From: Paenibacillus selenitireducens
GTDB taxonomy: Bacteria; Bacillota; Bacilli; Paenibacillales; Paenibacillaceae
Assembly (NCBI RefSeq): GCF_002021565.1
Contig: NZ_MSZX01000002.1
Location: 334,554 to 366,553 of the forward strand
Direction: 5' to 3'
DNA: 32,000 bases
Shown: positions 7,863 to 14,980 of the stretch, in pieces
Numbering within the stretch: position 1 is the first letter of the stretch
Layout: every line of letters starts with the position of its first letter
Position numbers and translations under genes: made by a program
The notes under the pieces: model-generated
Databases searched by the model: none
What the model was told of the DNA's origin: nothing
The model's input: the letters and a program-made list of their open reading frames with translations, nothing else

Positions 7863-8615
7863 ATGACCGCGTTTTATTCCATTTATGCTGCGATTGCAGG
7901 TTTATTGTTAGGCTCCTTTTATAATGTGGTAGGTTTACGGGTTCCCTTAGGCGAATCGATCATTCGACCACGCTCGCATTGCACGACATGCCAACGTACA
8001 CTGGGAGCCAGCGAGCTGGTCCCTTTTTTTTCTTATCTTTTCTTAAGGGGTGCCTGCCGGGGATGCGGTACGAAAATATCATTCCTTTATCCGCTAACCG
8101 AAATGGGGACTGCGCTGTTATTTGTTAGCATGCCATGGTTCATCGGCTGGTCGCCGGAATTATTCGTCGCATGGGCGTTAATCTCCCTGTTGATTATCAT
8201 TTGTATTTCAGATCTTCGGTATATGTTAATTCCGAACAAAGTGTTGCTGGTCTTTTCGGTTATTTTTCTCGGATTGCGTCTCCTCCTTCCAGTAGATCCT
8301 TGGTGGGATATGTTCCTGGGTGCCGGTGTTGGCTTTGCGTTGCTGTTACTTATCGCGATCGTGAGCAAGAACGGCATGGGCGGAGGAGATATTAAATTGT
8401 TTGCCGTCCTCGGCATGGTCTTAGGATGGAAAGGTGTATTACTTGCTTTCCTGTTATCTTGCTGCTATGGCACACTCATCGGCATCGTTGGAATGCTTCT
8501 CGGGAAAGTACGAAGAGGGAAGCCAATGCCGTTCGGACCTGCCATTGCATTAGGCACATTAACTGCATATTTGTGGGGAGAAGCACTTCTTACATGGTAT
8601 TACCAGTTTCTATGA
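7863..8615 (+). CDS. pilD: prepilin peptidase / N-methyltransferase PilD (A24 family)
   Basis: N-terminal Cys pairs CTTC...CRGC are present. The catalytic Asp motifs are ISDLRYMLIPN and GGGDIKLF. The protein is polytopic. Confidence 0.92.
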   Translation: MTAFYSIYAAIAGLLLGSFYNVVGLRVPLGESIIRPRSHCTTCQRTLGASELVPFFSYLFLRGACRGCGTKISFLYPLTEMGTALLFVSMPWFIGWSPELFVAWALISLLIIICISDLRYMLIPNKVLLVFSVIFLGLRLLLPVDPWWDMFLGAGVGFALLLLIAIVSKNGMGGGDIKLFAVLGMVLGWKGVLLAFLLSCCYGTLIGIVGMLLGKVRRGKPMPFGPAIALGTLTAYLWGEALLTWYYQFL

Positions 8616-8633
8616 TGTAGTGGAGGAGAAAAG

Positions 8634-9698
8634 ATGAGAGCAAGTCGGACAACGCGTGTAAATCAAGAACATCATACCCATGTAGCAAACATTGTGAACA
8701 GAAAGCAGCCGAAAAAGAAAATGGTCAGCTTGATGATCAAAGACCATGTCATTCGATATATGGATGCCAAGCGACCGAATTTGCGGGGAGCAACCGCCTT
8801 CGGGGAATATGATTTGCCTTCAGGCATCATTCATGAAGGCAGGATTGCAGAGCCGGATCGGTTGCGTACCATTCTGAAGGATTGCATTCAAAAGTGGAAA
8901 CTCAAAGACCGAGAAGTGCAGTTTATTGTCCCGGATTCTGTCGTGATCGTACGGAAGATTGAGATTTCGGCGGAGATCGAGGAGGAGGAGATCAAGGGAC
9001 ATCTATATTTGGAATTAGGAACGAACATCCATCTTCCCTTTGAGGATCCGATATTTGATATTGATTTTCTAGGACGCTCCGATGAGAAACAAGAAATTCT
9101 ATTATTTGCCGCACCGGAGCAGATTGTTAACGAATACGCACAGATCTTGACCAGCGCAGGTCTGAAGCCTGTTGCAGCCGATGTGTCTTCGCTGGCCATC
9201 TATCGTTTATTTTATAAAGTGAATGATGAATTGGAATTGGACATTGTCTCGGAAGCACCGGTTCTATCCGTTCAATTCGACCTGCAGACGGTAACGGTAG
9301 GCGTCATTCATAAGCATAAATTAATGCTTCTTCGTCAATTTCGGATGAATCTATCCATCGATAACTGGGAACGGCAAACGAACAAAAGAGATGTCAATAC
9401 ACCGGTGTGGATCGGCGATGAGAGCTACTTAACCTATGAAATTAATGTAATGATCGGAGAGATTCAGCGCGTCATCAGCTTCTATCGTTCCGTTACGAAT
9501 CATCATGAAGATGAGATTGAAACGATAATATTAACGGGAGATTATCCGTATTTAGAGGATATCGCAACCAATCTGCATCAACATTTTGAAAAAATGCCTT
9601 TTACGTTCTCAAAAGAATTGTTCGAGACGCAATCGAAGGAACTCGTTCCACCGAAATATTATTTGCCGCTAGGATTAGCCCTAAAGGGGGGCGTCTAA
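8634..9698 (+). CDS. pilM: type IV pilus assembly protein PilM (actin-like ATPase fold)
   Basis: 354 aa, GGAGGAG RBS, position directly upstream of pilN with an overlapping stop/start, and PilM-like sequence organisation. Confidence 0.8.
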   Translation: MRASRTTRVNQEHHTHVANIVNRKQPKKKMVSLMIKDHVIRYMDAKRPNLRGATAFGEYDLPSGIIHEGRIAEPDRLRTILKDCIQKWKLKDREVQFIVPDSVVIVRKIEISAEIEEEEIKGHLYLELGTNIHLPFEDPIFDIDFLGRSDEKQEILLFAAPEQIVNEYAQILTSAGLKPVAADVSSLAIYRLFYKVNDELELDIVSEAPVLSVQFDLQTVTVGVIHKHKLMLLRQFRMNLSIDNWERQTNKRDVNTPVWIGDESYLTYEINVMIGEIQRVISFYRSVTNHHEDEIETIILTGDYPYLEDIATNLHQHFEKMPFTFSKELFETQSKELVPPKYYLPLGLALKGGV

Positions 9699-10264
9699 TG
9701 CTGAGTGAGATTAACTTGCTCCCCCAACGGGAGCAGCGAAGCATTTTTTTTGTCATTGGGATCACGGTCATATTGGCTTTCGGTTTGCTTAGCACTGGCG
9801 TTCTCTTCTTCCAATATCAGTCCCTGAAGACGGATCAAGATCGACAACAGGCGGAAGCGAAGACGGTCGAGAAAATGATTGAAATCGAATCGCAAAAACT
9901 CCTGCAAGGCGCGAGTACCTCGGAAGTAGGTCAATATGAACAGATTGTTCACACGATCGAGCAACTGCCGGTGGATACGATCCGAATTCTTGACCAATTA
10001 TCTGCGGCCTTGCCTCAGAGCGGCTTCTTTACTTCCTATTCTTATCAGGATCCTGGAACGGTGTCGGTGATTGCGGATTTCGGGACATCAGAGGATGCTG
10101 CGCAATATCTTTATCATTTAACATATGCGGATTGGGTACGCAAAATCGAGATCAGCTCTCTAGTAAAACAAGATAGTGGGATAAAGGTCCTTTACAAAGC
10201 GACGTATACGCTCGAATTGAAACGGGATGTATTCGCTGAAGTGAAAGGAGCGGGTACAGAATGA
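9698..10264 (+). CDS. pilN: type IV pilus assembly protein PilN
   Basis: The N-terminal EINLLPQRE signature is followed by a single TM helix. The gene is translationally coupled to pilM and pilO. Confidence 0.85.
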   Translation: MLSEINLLPQREQRSIFFVIGITVILAFGLLSTGVLFFQYQSLKTDQDRQQAEAKTVEKMIEIESQKLLQGASTSEVGQYEQIVHTIEQLPVDTIRILDQLSAALPQSGFFTSYSYQDPGTVSVIADFGTSEDAAQYLYHLTYADWVRKIEISSLVKQDSGIKVLYKATYTLELKRDVFAEVKGAGTE

Positions 10265-11037
10265 ACGCGAAACAGGTAAGAATATTAACCTTGGCTGTCT
10301 CGTGTATTCTCATCCTTTCCGGGTTGCTATTGTTTTATTTCAATCGTATCCAGCCTACACAAAGCCAAGTGAAGACGTTGAAAAGTAAAATTGCAACAGA
10401 TAAAAAGGTGCTGGAAAAGCTGCAATCGCAGGCCCATGAACAGCAGCAGAGTAAGGCGGATCTTCTGGAGTTGCAGCGTAAGGTTCCTGTCGAAGCCTTT
10501 GTGGACCAGATGATTCTCGATCTACGGAAGGATGAACAACAATCCAAGAGTAAGATTCGTAATATGGGGTTGAGCTATACGAATACATCATTAAATGAAT
10601 TGAGTCAAGTGATAGGTATTCCTAACCTACAATCACCGAACGCGACAGTTTCGCAGCCTGTCAATACAGCAGCATCAAATGAAGGAACTTCAACGGTGCC
10701 AGCTGATACGAGTGCCAATCCAGCACCATCAAGCGAAAATCCCGCAGTGCAGCTGGAAGTTTACAAAATAGGCCTCACCTTAAGCGTTGAATCACCGACC
10801 TATAACGATTTCAAAACCTTTGTACTTGGGATCCAACAACTAGACCGCGTTATTCAAATTGATGCCATATCATTCACGGATACCGCCAACACCTATAACC
10901 TCACGGTATCCGCATTCTATGCGCCGCAATTCCAAGGATTTGAGGAACGGCTTCCACGGGCCTCGTTCCCGGCACCAAGCGGCAAGACTGTACCGATTCA
11001 AGTGACGAATCCCGTAACAGAACCTGCAGGAACTTAA
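10261..11037 (+). CDS. pilO: type IV pilus assembly protein PilO-like
   Basis: An N-terminal TM helix and coiled-coil segment precede a conserved C-terminal domain. There is an internal Ser/Thr/Pro/Asn-rich insert. The start overlaps the pilN stop (ATGA). Confidence 0.7.
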   Translation: MNAKQVRILTLAVSCILILSGLLLFYFNRIQPTQSQVKTLKSKIATDKKVLEKLQSQAHEQQQSKADLLELQRKVPVEAFVDQMILDLRKDEQQSKSKIRNMGLSYTNTSLNELSQVIGIPNLQSPNATVSQPVNTAASNEGTSTVPADTSANPAPSSENPAVQLEVYKIGLTLSVESPTYNDFKTFVLGIQQLDRVIQIDAISFTDTANTYNLTVSAFYAPQFQGFEERLPRASFPAPSGKTVPIQVTNPVTEPAGT

Positions 11038-11056
11038 GAAAGAGGGTGAACGTACG

Positions 11057-12499
11057 ATGTCCATTCGTGTTCTCATTGTTGATGATACGAAATTTCTACG
11101 CCTGATGTTAACGGATATATTAACAAAATCCGGGTATGAGGTTGTAGGTCAAGCAGAGAACGGTGTTATTGCCGTCGACAAGTTCAGAGAATTGCGGCCC
11201 GATCTGGTGATTATGGATATTACGATGCCAGAGATGGACGGAATTACGGCGTTAAAGGAGATTAGGGCCATCGAGCCGCAGTCTGTCATCTTAATCTGCT
11301 CTGCGATGAGTCAGCGAGATCTCATTTCCAAGGCATTAAAGGCAGGCGCGAACAATTATGTGATGAAGCCGTTCGAACCTGAGCGCGTCAAGGAGATCAT
11401 TCTTGAAGTTATGCCACTAATGGAGAACAACAAAAAAGAAAAAGCATCCATAAAAGCTCCGATTGAGCCGGAACCTGTGCAAGAATCCGTGGTGACGGAA
11501 GACCAGGCAACTAAATTGCGCAAATCGTTTGCTGAACAGACCAGTGAACAGTATATCTTATCTGAAGCAGCCGTAGCGCCGATAGAAGACTCGTTTCCAG
11601 AACCAGAACTAGAATCACCAATAGAACCTCGCCTTGAAGTGAAGGAAGCACTTGTCTCGGAAACGCCCGACTTGGTGGAACAGGTAGAACCCATGTTGGA
11701 AGCAAGAATATCTTCCGAAGCGGAAGAAGAGTTCGGCACATTACTCGAAGGCATTGAAAATCCAACCCCAACAGGGATCACTGCGGATCATGAACGAAGC
11801 AACCCTGGCGTATTGGAAGAAATAACAGCTGCATCTGCGGAAGCTGCAGTTTCGGTTACCGCTGTCAACGAGATAAATATCTCCGCGGAATCCCTCCCGG
11901 GTGATTTTACGCATCTGTCCAAACGTCTGGAGGCTGAGCTCAAGCATACCCCTGAGGAGCCTATCTCTAATACATCAGAAGAGCAGCAAGCTAGCGCAGA
12001 GGAAGTATCTTTAGACGAGAACAACGAAGAACAGACTGGAACGAATCATCTTGATGAGAATGAACTTGATGAACAAGAAGGATCACCTTCCCGTTCATCG
12101 AATCCTGCCGTCTGGTTCGAACAATTGATTTTTTCCAATTCCAATAAAACGGGGGATGCTGAGATGGCAAGAAATCCGCAAATGATAGATGCTGAGGTCA
12201 GACAGGAACATCATGTGGCAACAATCGATCAAGGTAGCAGTTCAAGCATGCTGCCAGAACTGAAACGCAAAAATATGCGGAACTTCGCAAGCAGTATCAT
12301 GTGCAAATTTTCAGAACAGGTCGATGGGAAGGAAATGGACTATTTCGTTGTCTACAACGAATTTGACAAGTCGATTCGGATCGATATGATCTCTCCCGAT
12401 GAGAAGCGCAACAGCATTCAATTATCGCTCGACGGGTTCACTTTTATTATGGAATGGCTCGAACAGAAGGGCGTACGCATCGATAAAGTCTTAGATTAA
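11057..12499 (+). CDS. CheY-like response regulator receiver fused to a ~230-aa acidic low-complexity linker and an uncharacterised C-terminal domain
   Basis: Residues 1-120 align closely with Bacillus CheY as I remember it (ILIVDD, PDLV.MDITMPEMDGITALKEI, CSAM, VMKPF). The rest is Glu/Pro/Ser-rich, followed by a ~100-aa globular-looking tail. RBS AGAGGGTG precedes the start. Confidence 0.85.
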   Translation: MSIRVLIVDDTKFLRLMLTDILTKSGYEVVGQAENGVIAVDKFRELRPDLVIMDITMPEMDGITALKEIRAIEPQSVILICSAMSQRDLISKALKAGANNYVMKPFEPERVKEIILEVMPLMENNKKEKASIKAPIEPEPVQESVVTEDQATKLRKSFAEQTSEQYILSEAAVAPIEDSFPEPELESPIEPRLEVKEALVSETPDLVEQVEPMLEARISSEAEEEFGTLLEGIENPTPTGITADHERSNPGVLEEITAASAEAAVSVTAVNEINISAESLPGDFTHLSKRLEAELKHTPEEPISNTSEEQQASAEEVSLDENNEEQTGTNHLDENELDEQEGSPSRSSNPAVWFEQLIFSNSNKTGDAEMARNPQMIDAEVRQEHHVATIDQGSSSSMLPELKRKNMRNFASSIMCKFSEQVDGKEMDYFVVYNEFDKSIRIDMISPDEKRNSIQLSLDGFTFIMEWLEQKGVRIDKVLD

Positions 12500-12529
12500 T
12501 AGAAGCCATCAAAGTTAAGGAGGACAATC

Positions 12530-12817
12530 ATGAAGAACAAGCAAATCAGTCAATTAACTTTGTGCGATTCTTATAACCATTCTCAGATCATACCGATCGC
12601 CAATGCGAGGCAAATCTTTGACAAAATCGTTAAGGTCTACGTCAGCCGTGAAGATATCTATAATCACTCGAAGACGCCGAGGGAGTTCCAAGCCTATCAA
12701 AACATTGATAGCGAAACCTTGCTTATTGTCGTGAGTATCCGCAGTGATTGGTGGACGCCATGGAAAGGCATGGTGACGGAAGACGTTTATTTTTATCGAG
12801 AACCTTTTGCGCAATGA
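12530..12817 (+). CDS. hypothetical protein (95 aa); candidate accessory or directionality factor
   Basis: A strong AAGGAGG RBS lies 7 nt upstream of the ATG. No family recognised. The gene sits between the pilus/regulator block and the recombinase gene. Confidence 0.5.
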   Translation: MKNKQISQLTLCDSYNHSQIIPIANARQIFDKIVKVYVSREDIYNHSKTPREFQAYQNIDSETLLIVVSIRSDWWTPWKGMVTEDVYFYREPFAQ

Positions 12818-12908
12818 GGTACAGAAGTGAATGAAGAAGCGGGCAACTCCAATCAGGGAGAGGCTCGTTTCTTTTTTTTGTTCTATAAAGGCGCGGAAAG
12901 GAGCGGTT

Positions 12909-13061
12909 ATGGTACAAGACGGCAGGTTCATAGACATAATTATCACAAGCGGAGAGGAGCGGACCGAATGCCTAAAGACGCCAAACCATCGTATCGAATA
13001 CATGTACATCCCGGAAAGGAGAATAGAGAACACATCATGGATGAGCTTGCCAAGCAAGTGA
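12909..13061 (+). CDS. possible small ORF (~50 aa)
   Basis: This is an internal ATG of the 12831 ORF, preceded by AAAGGAG at 6-nt spacing. No family recognised. The competing overlapping frames look compositionally implausible. Confidence 0.2.
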   Translation: MVQDGRFIDIIITSGEERTECLKTPNHRIEYMYIPERRIENTSWMSLPSK

Positions 13062-13199
13062 TTCAGCGCAATGTAGTGGATTTTCACATGCAAAACGAAA
13101 GGGTAAAAAAAATCCCCCTACCAGGACGAGCAGGCTGAACCAATAAAGGAAGCAGACATTTTCTAATGATGAAAATGAATCGTCATGGGGGAGGCGATA

Positions 13200-14762
13200 A
13201 TGAGAGCAGCCATTTATGTACGTGTTAGTACGACCAAAGACAGTCAGAAGGATAGCCCGGAACATCAAATTGCAGCTTGTAAATATTTTGCGGAGGACAT
13301 GGGGTGGGAGACAGCGGAAGACATGATATATGAAGACCGCGAATCTGGGACGAATATTACCGATAGGCTAGCGATTCAGCAAGCGTTAAAGGATGCACAT
13401 CAGGGCGCATTCCAAGTGATTATTTTCGCCGCATTATCGCGGTTCGCACGTGATATTGGGGATTCGATCAATCTCAAGCGTAAGCTGGTGAATGCCCTTC
13501 GGATTCGCCTCATCTCCATCGACGACCATTATGATTCCGACCGAGATGATGAGATGTTATTCTCGATTATCTCGAGTATTAATCAGTCCTTGAGCGAGCA
13601 GATCAGCCGAAGTACACGTCGGGGGAAGCGGGAATCCGCGTTAAAAGGGAATTTTACAGGAAATCGGCCACCGTATGGATATGACAAAGAAACGAGAAAT
13701 GGCTTAAAGACATTGGTACCCAATGAGAACCAGAAGATGGTTGTTGAGACGATTTTCCAACTGTATACAGCCAATCATTTCGGGGAGAAATCTATCGCTG
13801 CTTATTTGAATGATCAAGGAATCCCCTCCCCGAAGGATGGAAAATGGGGTATTACCACGATACAACGCATCTTGCAAAACGAAGCCTATGTCGGGAAAAA
13901 TCGTTCCTCGAAATTTGAAATTCGAAAAGTGTATACCAATGTCGATGATATGACAGAACGTAAAAAAGTATTAGTTCAAAAGCCAAAACGCGAATGGCGT
14001 TACGCGCATAACAGCTGGACGCATCAAGGCATTATTGATGAAGCAACGTTCCGGCTTGCTGAGAATCTTCGCTTGCAACGCGGCGGTGGACAACGTGGCG
14101 GGCCTCGCCAAAAGGTTAATGTTTTCGCGGGAATGATGAAATGCGCACATTGCGGTTCCTCCATGGTCAGCATGAAATCCACACGTCGAATTCGAGAGCA
14201 ATCGAGACGAGATTACCGATACCTCATTTGTTCCAGAAGAAGAAGGCAAGGAGAGTCAGGCTGCTGCAACAATTATTGGCTGCCGTATGATCCCTTTCAC
14301 GAAGATCTCATCCAATGCATATCACAAATATTACGCAGTACATTTTCGCCAGAGGAGCTGTTGGAGAAACATAAGCGTCTTGTCCAAGTCACGCACACGG
14401 ATCTCGAATCCGAAATGAAAAAACGCAAAAAGTGGATTATCGAAAATCGTAAATGTCTGATGGAGCTTCGCAAAGAACGACTCAAAGGGCATGTGTTGGA
14501 TGAACATCAATATGAATTAGAAAAAAGTCATTATGAGCGGGAAATCGTGCAGCATGAGAGCAGACTCATTCAACTTCAGCAGGAATGGCAGCGTAAAACG
14601 GATATGACGGATTTATACGAGAAGACGATGGAACGGTTAAATGATCTGTTGAATGTATCCTTCGAAACCTTTGATGATAGCCAACTTACATTGAAAAAAC
14701 TCATCTCTCGTATAGAAGCGGATCGTCAGGGAAATGTACATGTGTTCATGACATTTGATTAG
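13200..14762 (+). CDS. large serine recombinase (resolvase catalytic domain + recombinase domain + zinc ribbon + coiled coil), SpoIVCA/SprA-like
   Basis: The sequence shows MRAAIYVRVST with catalytic Ser10, ALSRFARD, GNRPPYGYDKE, the Cys cluster CAHCGS...CSRRRRQGESGCC, and a C-terminal heptad-rich region. The ATG at 13200 has a GGGGAGG RBS; the track start is 13185. Confidence 0.9.
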   Translation: MRAAIYVRVSTTKDSQKDSPEHQIAACKYFAEDMGWETAEDMIYEDRESGTNITDRLAIQQALKDAHQGAFQVIIFAALSRFARDIGDSINLKRKLVNALRIRLISIDDHYDSDRDDEMLFSIISSINQSLSEQISRSTRRGKRESALKGNFTGNRPPYGYDKETRNGLKTLVPNENQKMVVETIFQLYTANHFGEKSIAAYLNDQGIPSPKDGKWGITTIQRILQNEAYVGKNRSSKFEIRKVYTNVDDMTERKKVLVQKPKREWRYAHNSWTHQGIIDEATFRLAENLRLQRGGGQRGGPRQKVNVFAGMMKCAHCGSSMVSMKSTRRIREQSRRDYRYLICSRRRRQGESGCCNNYWLPYDPFHEDLIQCISQILRSTFSPEELLEKHKRLVQVTHTDLESEMKKRKKWIIENRKCLMELRKERLKGHVLDEHQYELEKSHYEREIVQHESRLIQLQQEWQRKTDMTDLYEKTMERLNDLLNVSFETFDDSQLTLKKLISRIEADRQGNVHVFMTFD

Positions 14763-14795
14763 CTTGCTGTTCTTGCGGATACGCTCCTCTATATT

Positions 14796-14848
14796 CATGT
14801 GTGCTTCAAACCCCATCACGAACGTAATGCAGAAACTGAATGTAAAGG
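14796..14848 (+). other. putative attR (element P arm + AA crossover + host B-prime arm)
   Basis: CATCACG-AA-CGTAATG is centred on 14821-14822. By hand alignment, the P arm 14797-14820 matches the reverse complement of 803-826 at 18 of 24 positions. Confidence 0.6.
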
Positions 14849-14901
14849 GTCGTTCGCAAGCGGTTGTCGAGTTGATCAAGCTTGGGGAGCTAAAAATCTA
14901 A
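14821..14901 (+). pseudogene. gerE: downstream segment of the split gerE-type gene (equivalent to GerE residues ~49-74, with stop)
   Basis: The translation NVMQKLNVKGRSQAVVELIKLGELKI-stop matches the GerE C-terminus (NAMQKLGVKGRSQAVVELLRMGELEL, from memory). There is no start codon or RBS of its own. Confidence 0.8.
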
Positions 14902-14980
14902 TCTGCTTGTCACTCTAATTGACCTTCTTTACCTTTGTTTCCTATGGAAGCAGGGGTGAGGGAGGTTCTTTGATTTCCGC

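Larger units (their letters stand above)
803..14822 (+). mobile_element. ~14.0 kb gene-intervening element in gerE carrying a type IV pilus locus and a large serine recombinase
   Basis: The element is bounded by the two gerE fragments. Its terminal arms form an imperfect inverted repeat, and the recombinase gene stops ~59 bp from the right junction. All internal genes are on the + strand. Confidence 0.7.

Noticed and set aside
1025-11037. Interpretation of the pilin/ATPase cluster as a ComG-type competence pseudopilus or a type II secretion system
   Set aside because: A dedicated PilT retraction ATPase, PilM/PilN/PilO alignment proteins, a 177-aa major pilin and a PilX-like large minor pilin are all present. 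This fits a type IV pilus rather than comGA-GG. There is no secretin or GspL/M set.
12554-13093. 179-aa ORF on the minus strand between the response regulator and the recombinase
   Set aside because: It is antisense to the 95-aa ORF, which has a strong AAGGAGG RBS. It has no RBS of its own, its composition is odd (rich in His/Arg/Ile), and every other gene in the element is on the + strand. Most likely a shadow ORF.
12827-13138. 103-aa ORF (GTG start) upstream of the recombinase
   Set aside because: The translation is dominated by Arg/Gly/His/Lys runs (RRQVHRHNYHKRRGADR) with no hydrophobic core, and it overlaps two alternative frames. I could not support it as a gene. I list only the internal 12909 ORF, at low confidence.
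12480-13200. Sigma-E or sigma-K mother-cell promoter driving the recombinase or small ORFs
   Set aside because: CATA-containing strings exist (for example 12588 CATACCGA, 12929-12945 CATAGACATAATTA). None has the correct -10 pattern together with a suitably spaced -35 element, so no promoter is claimed.
803-14822. Element as a prophage or prophage remnant
   Set aside because: No ORF resembles capsid, portal, tail, terminase, holin/lysin, repressor or replication proteins by eye. All the coding capacity is taken by pilus genes, one regulator, small ORFs and the recombinase. Sensitive profile searches are still needed.
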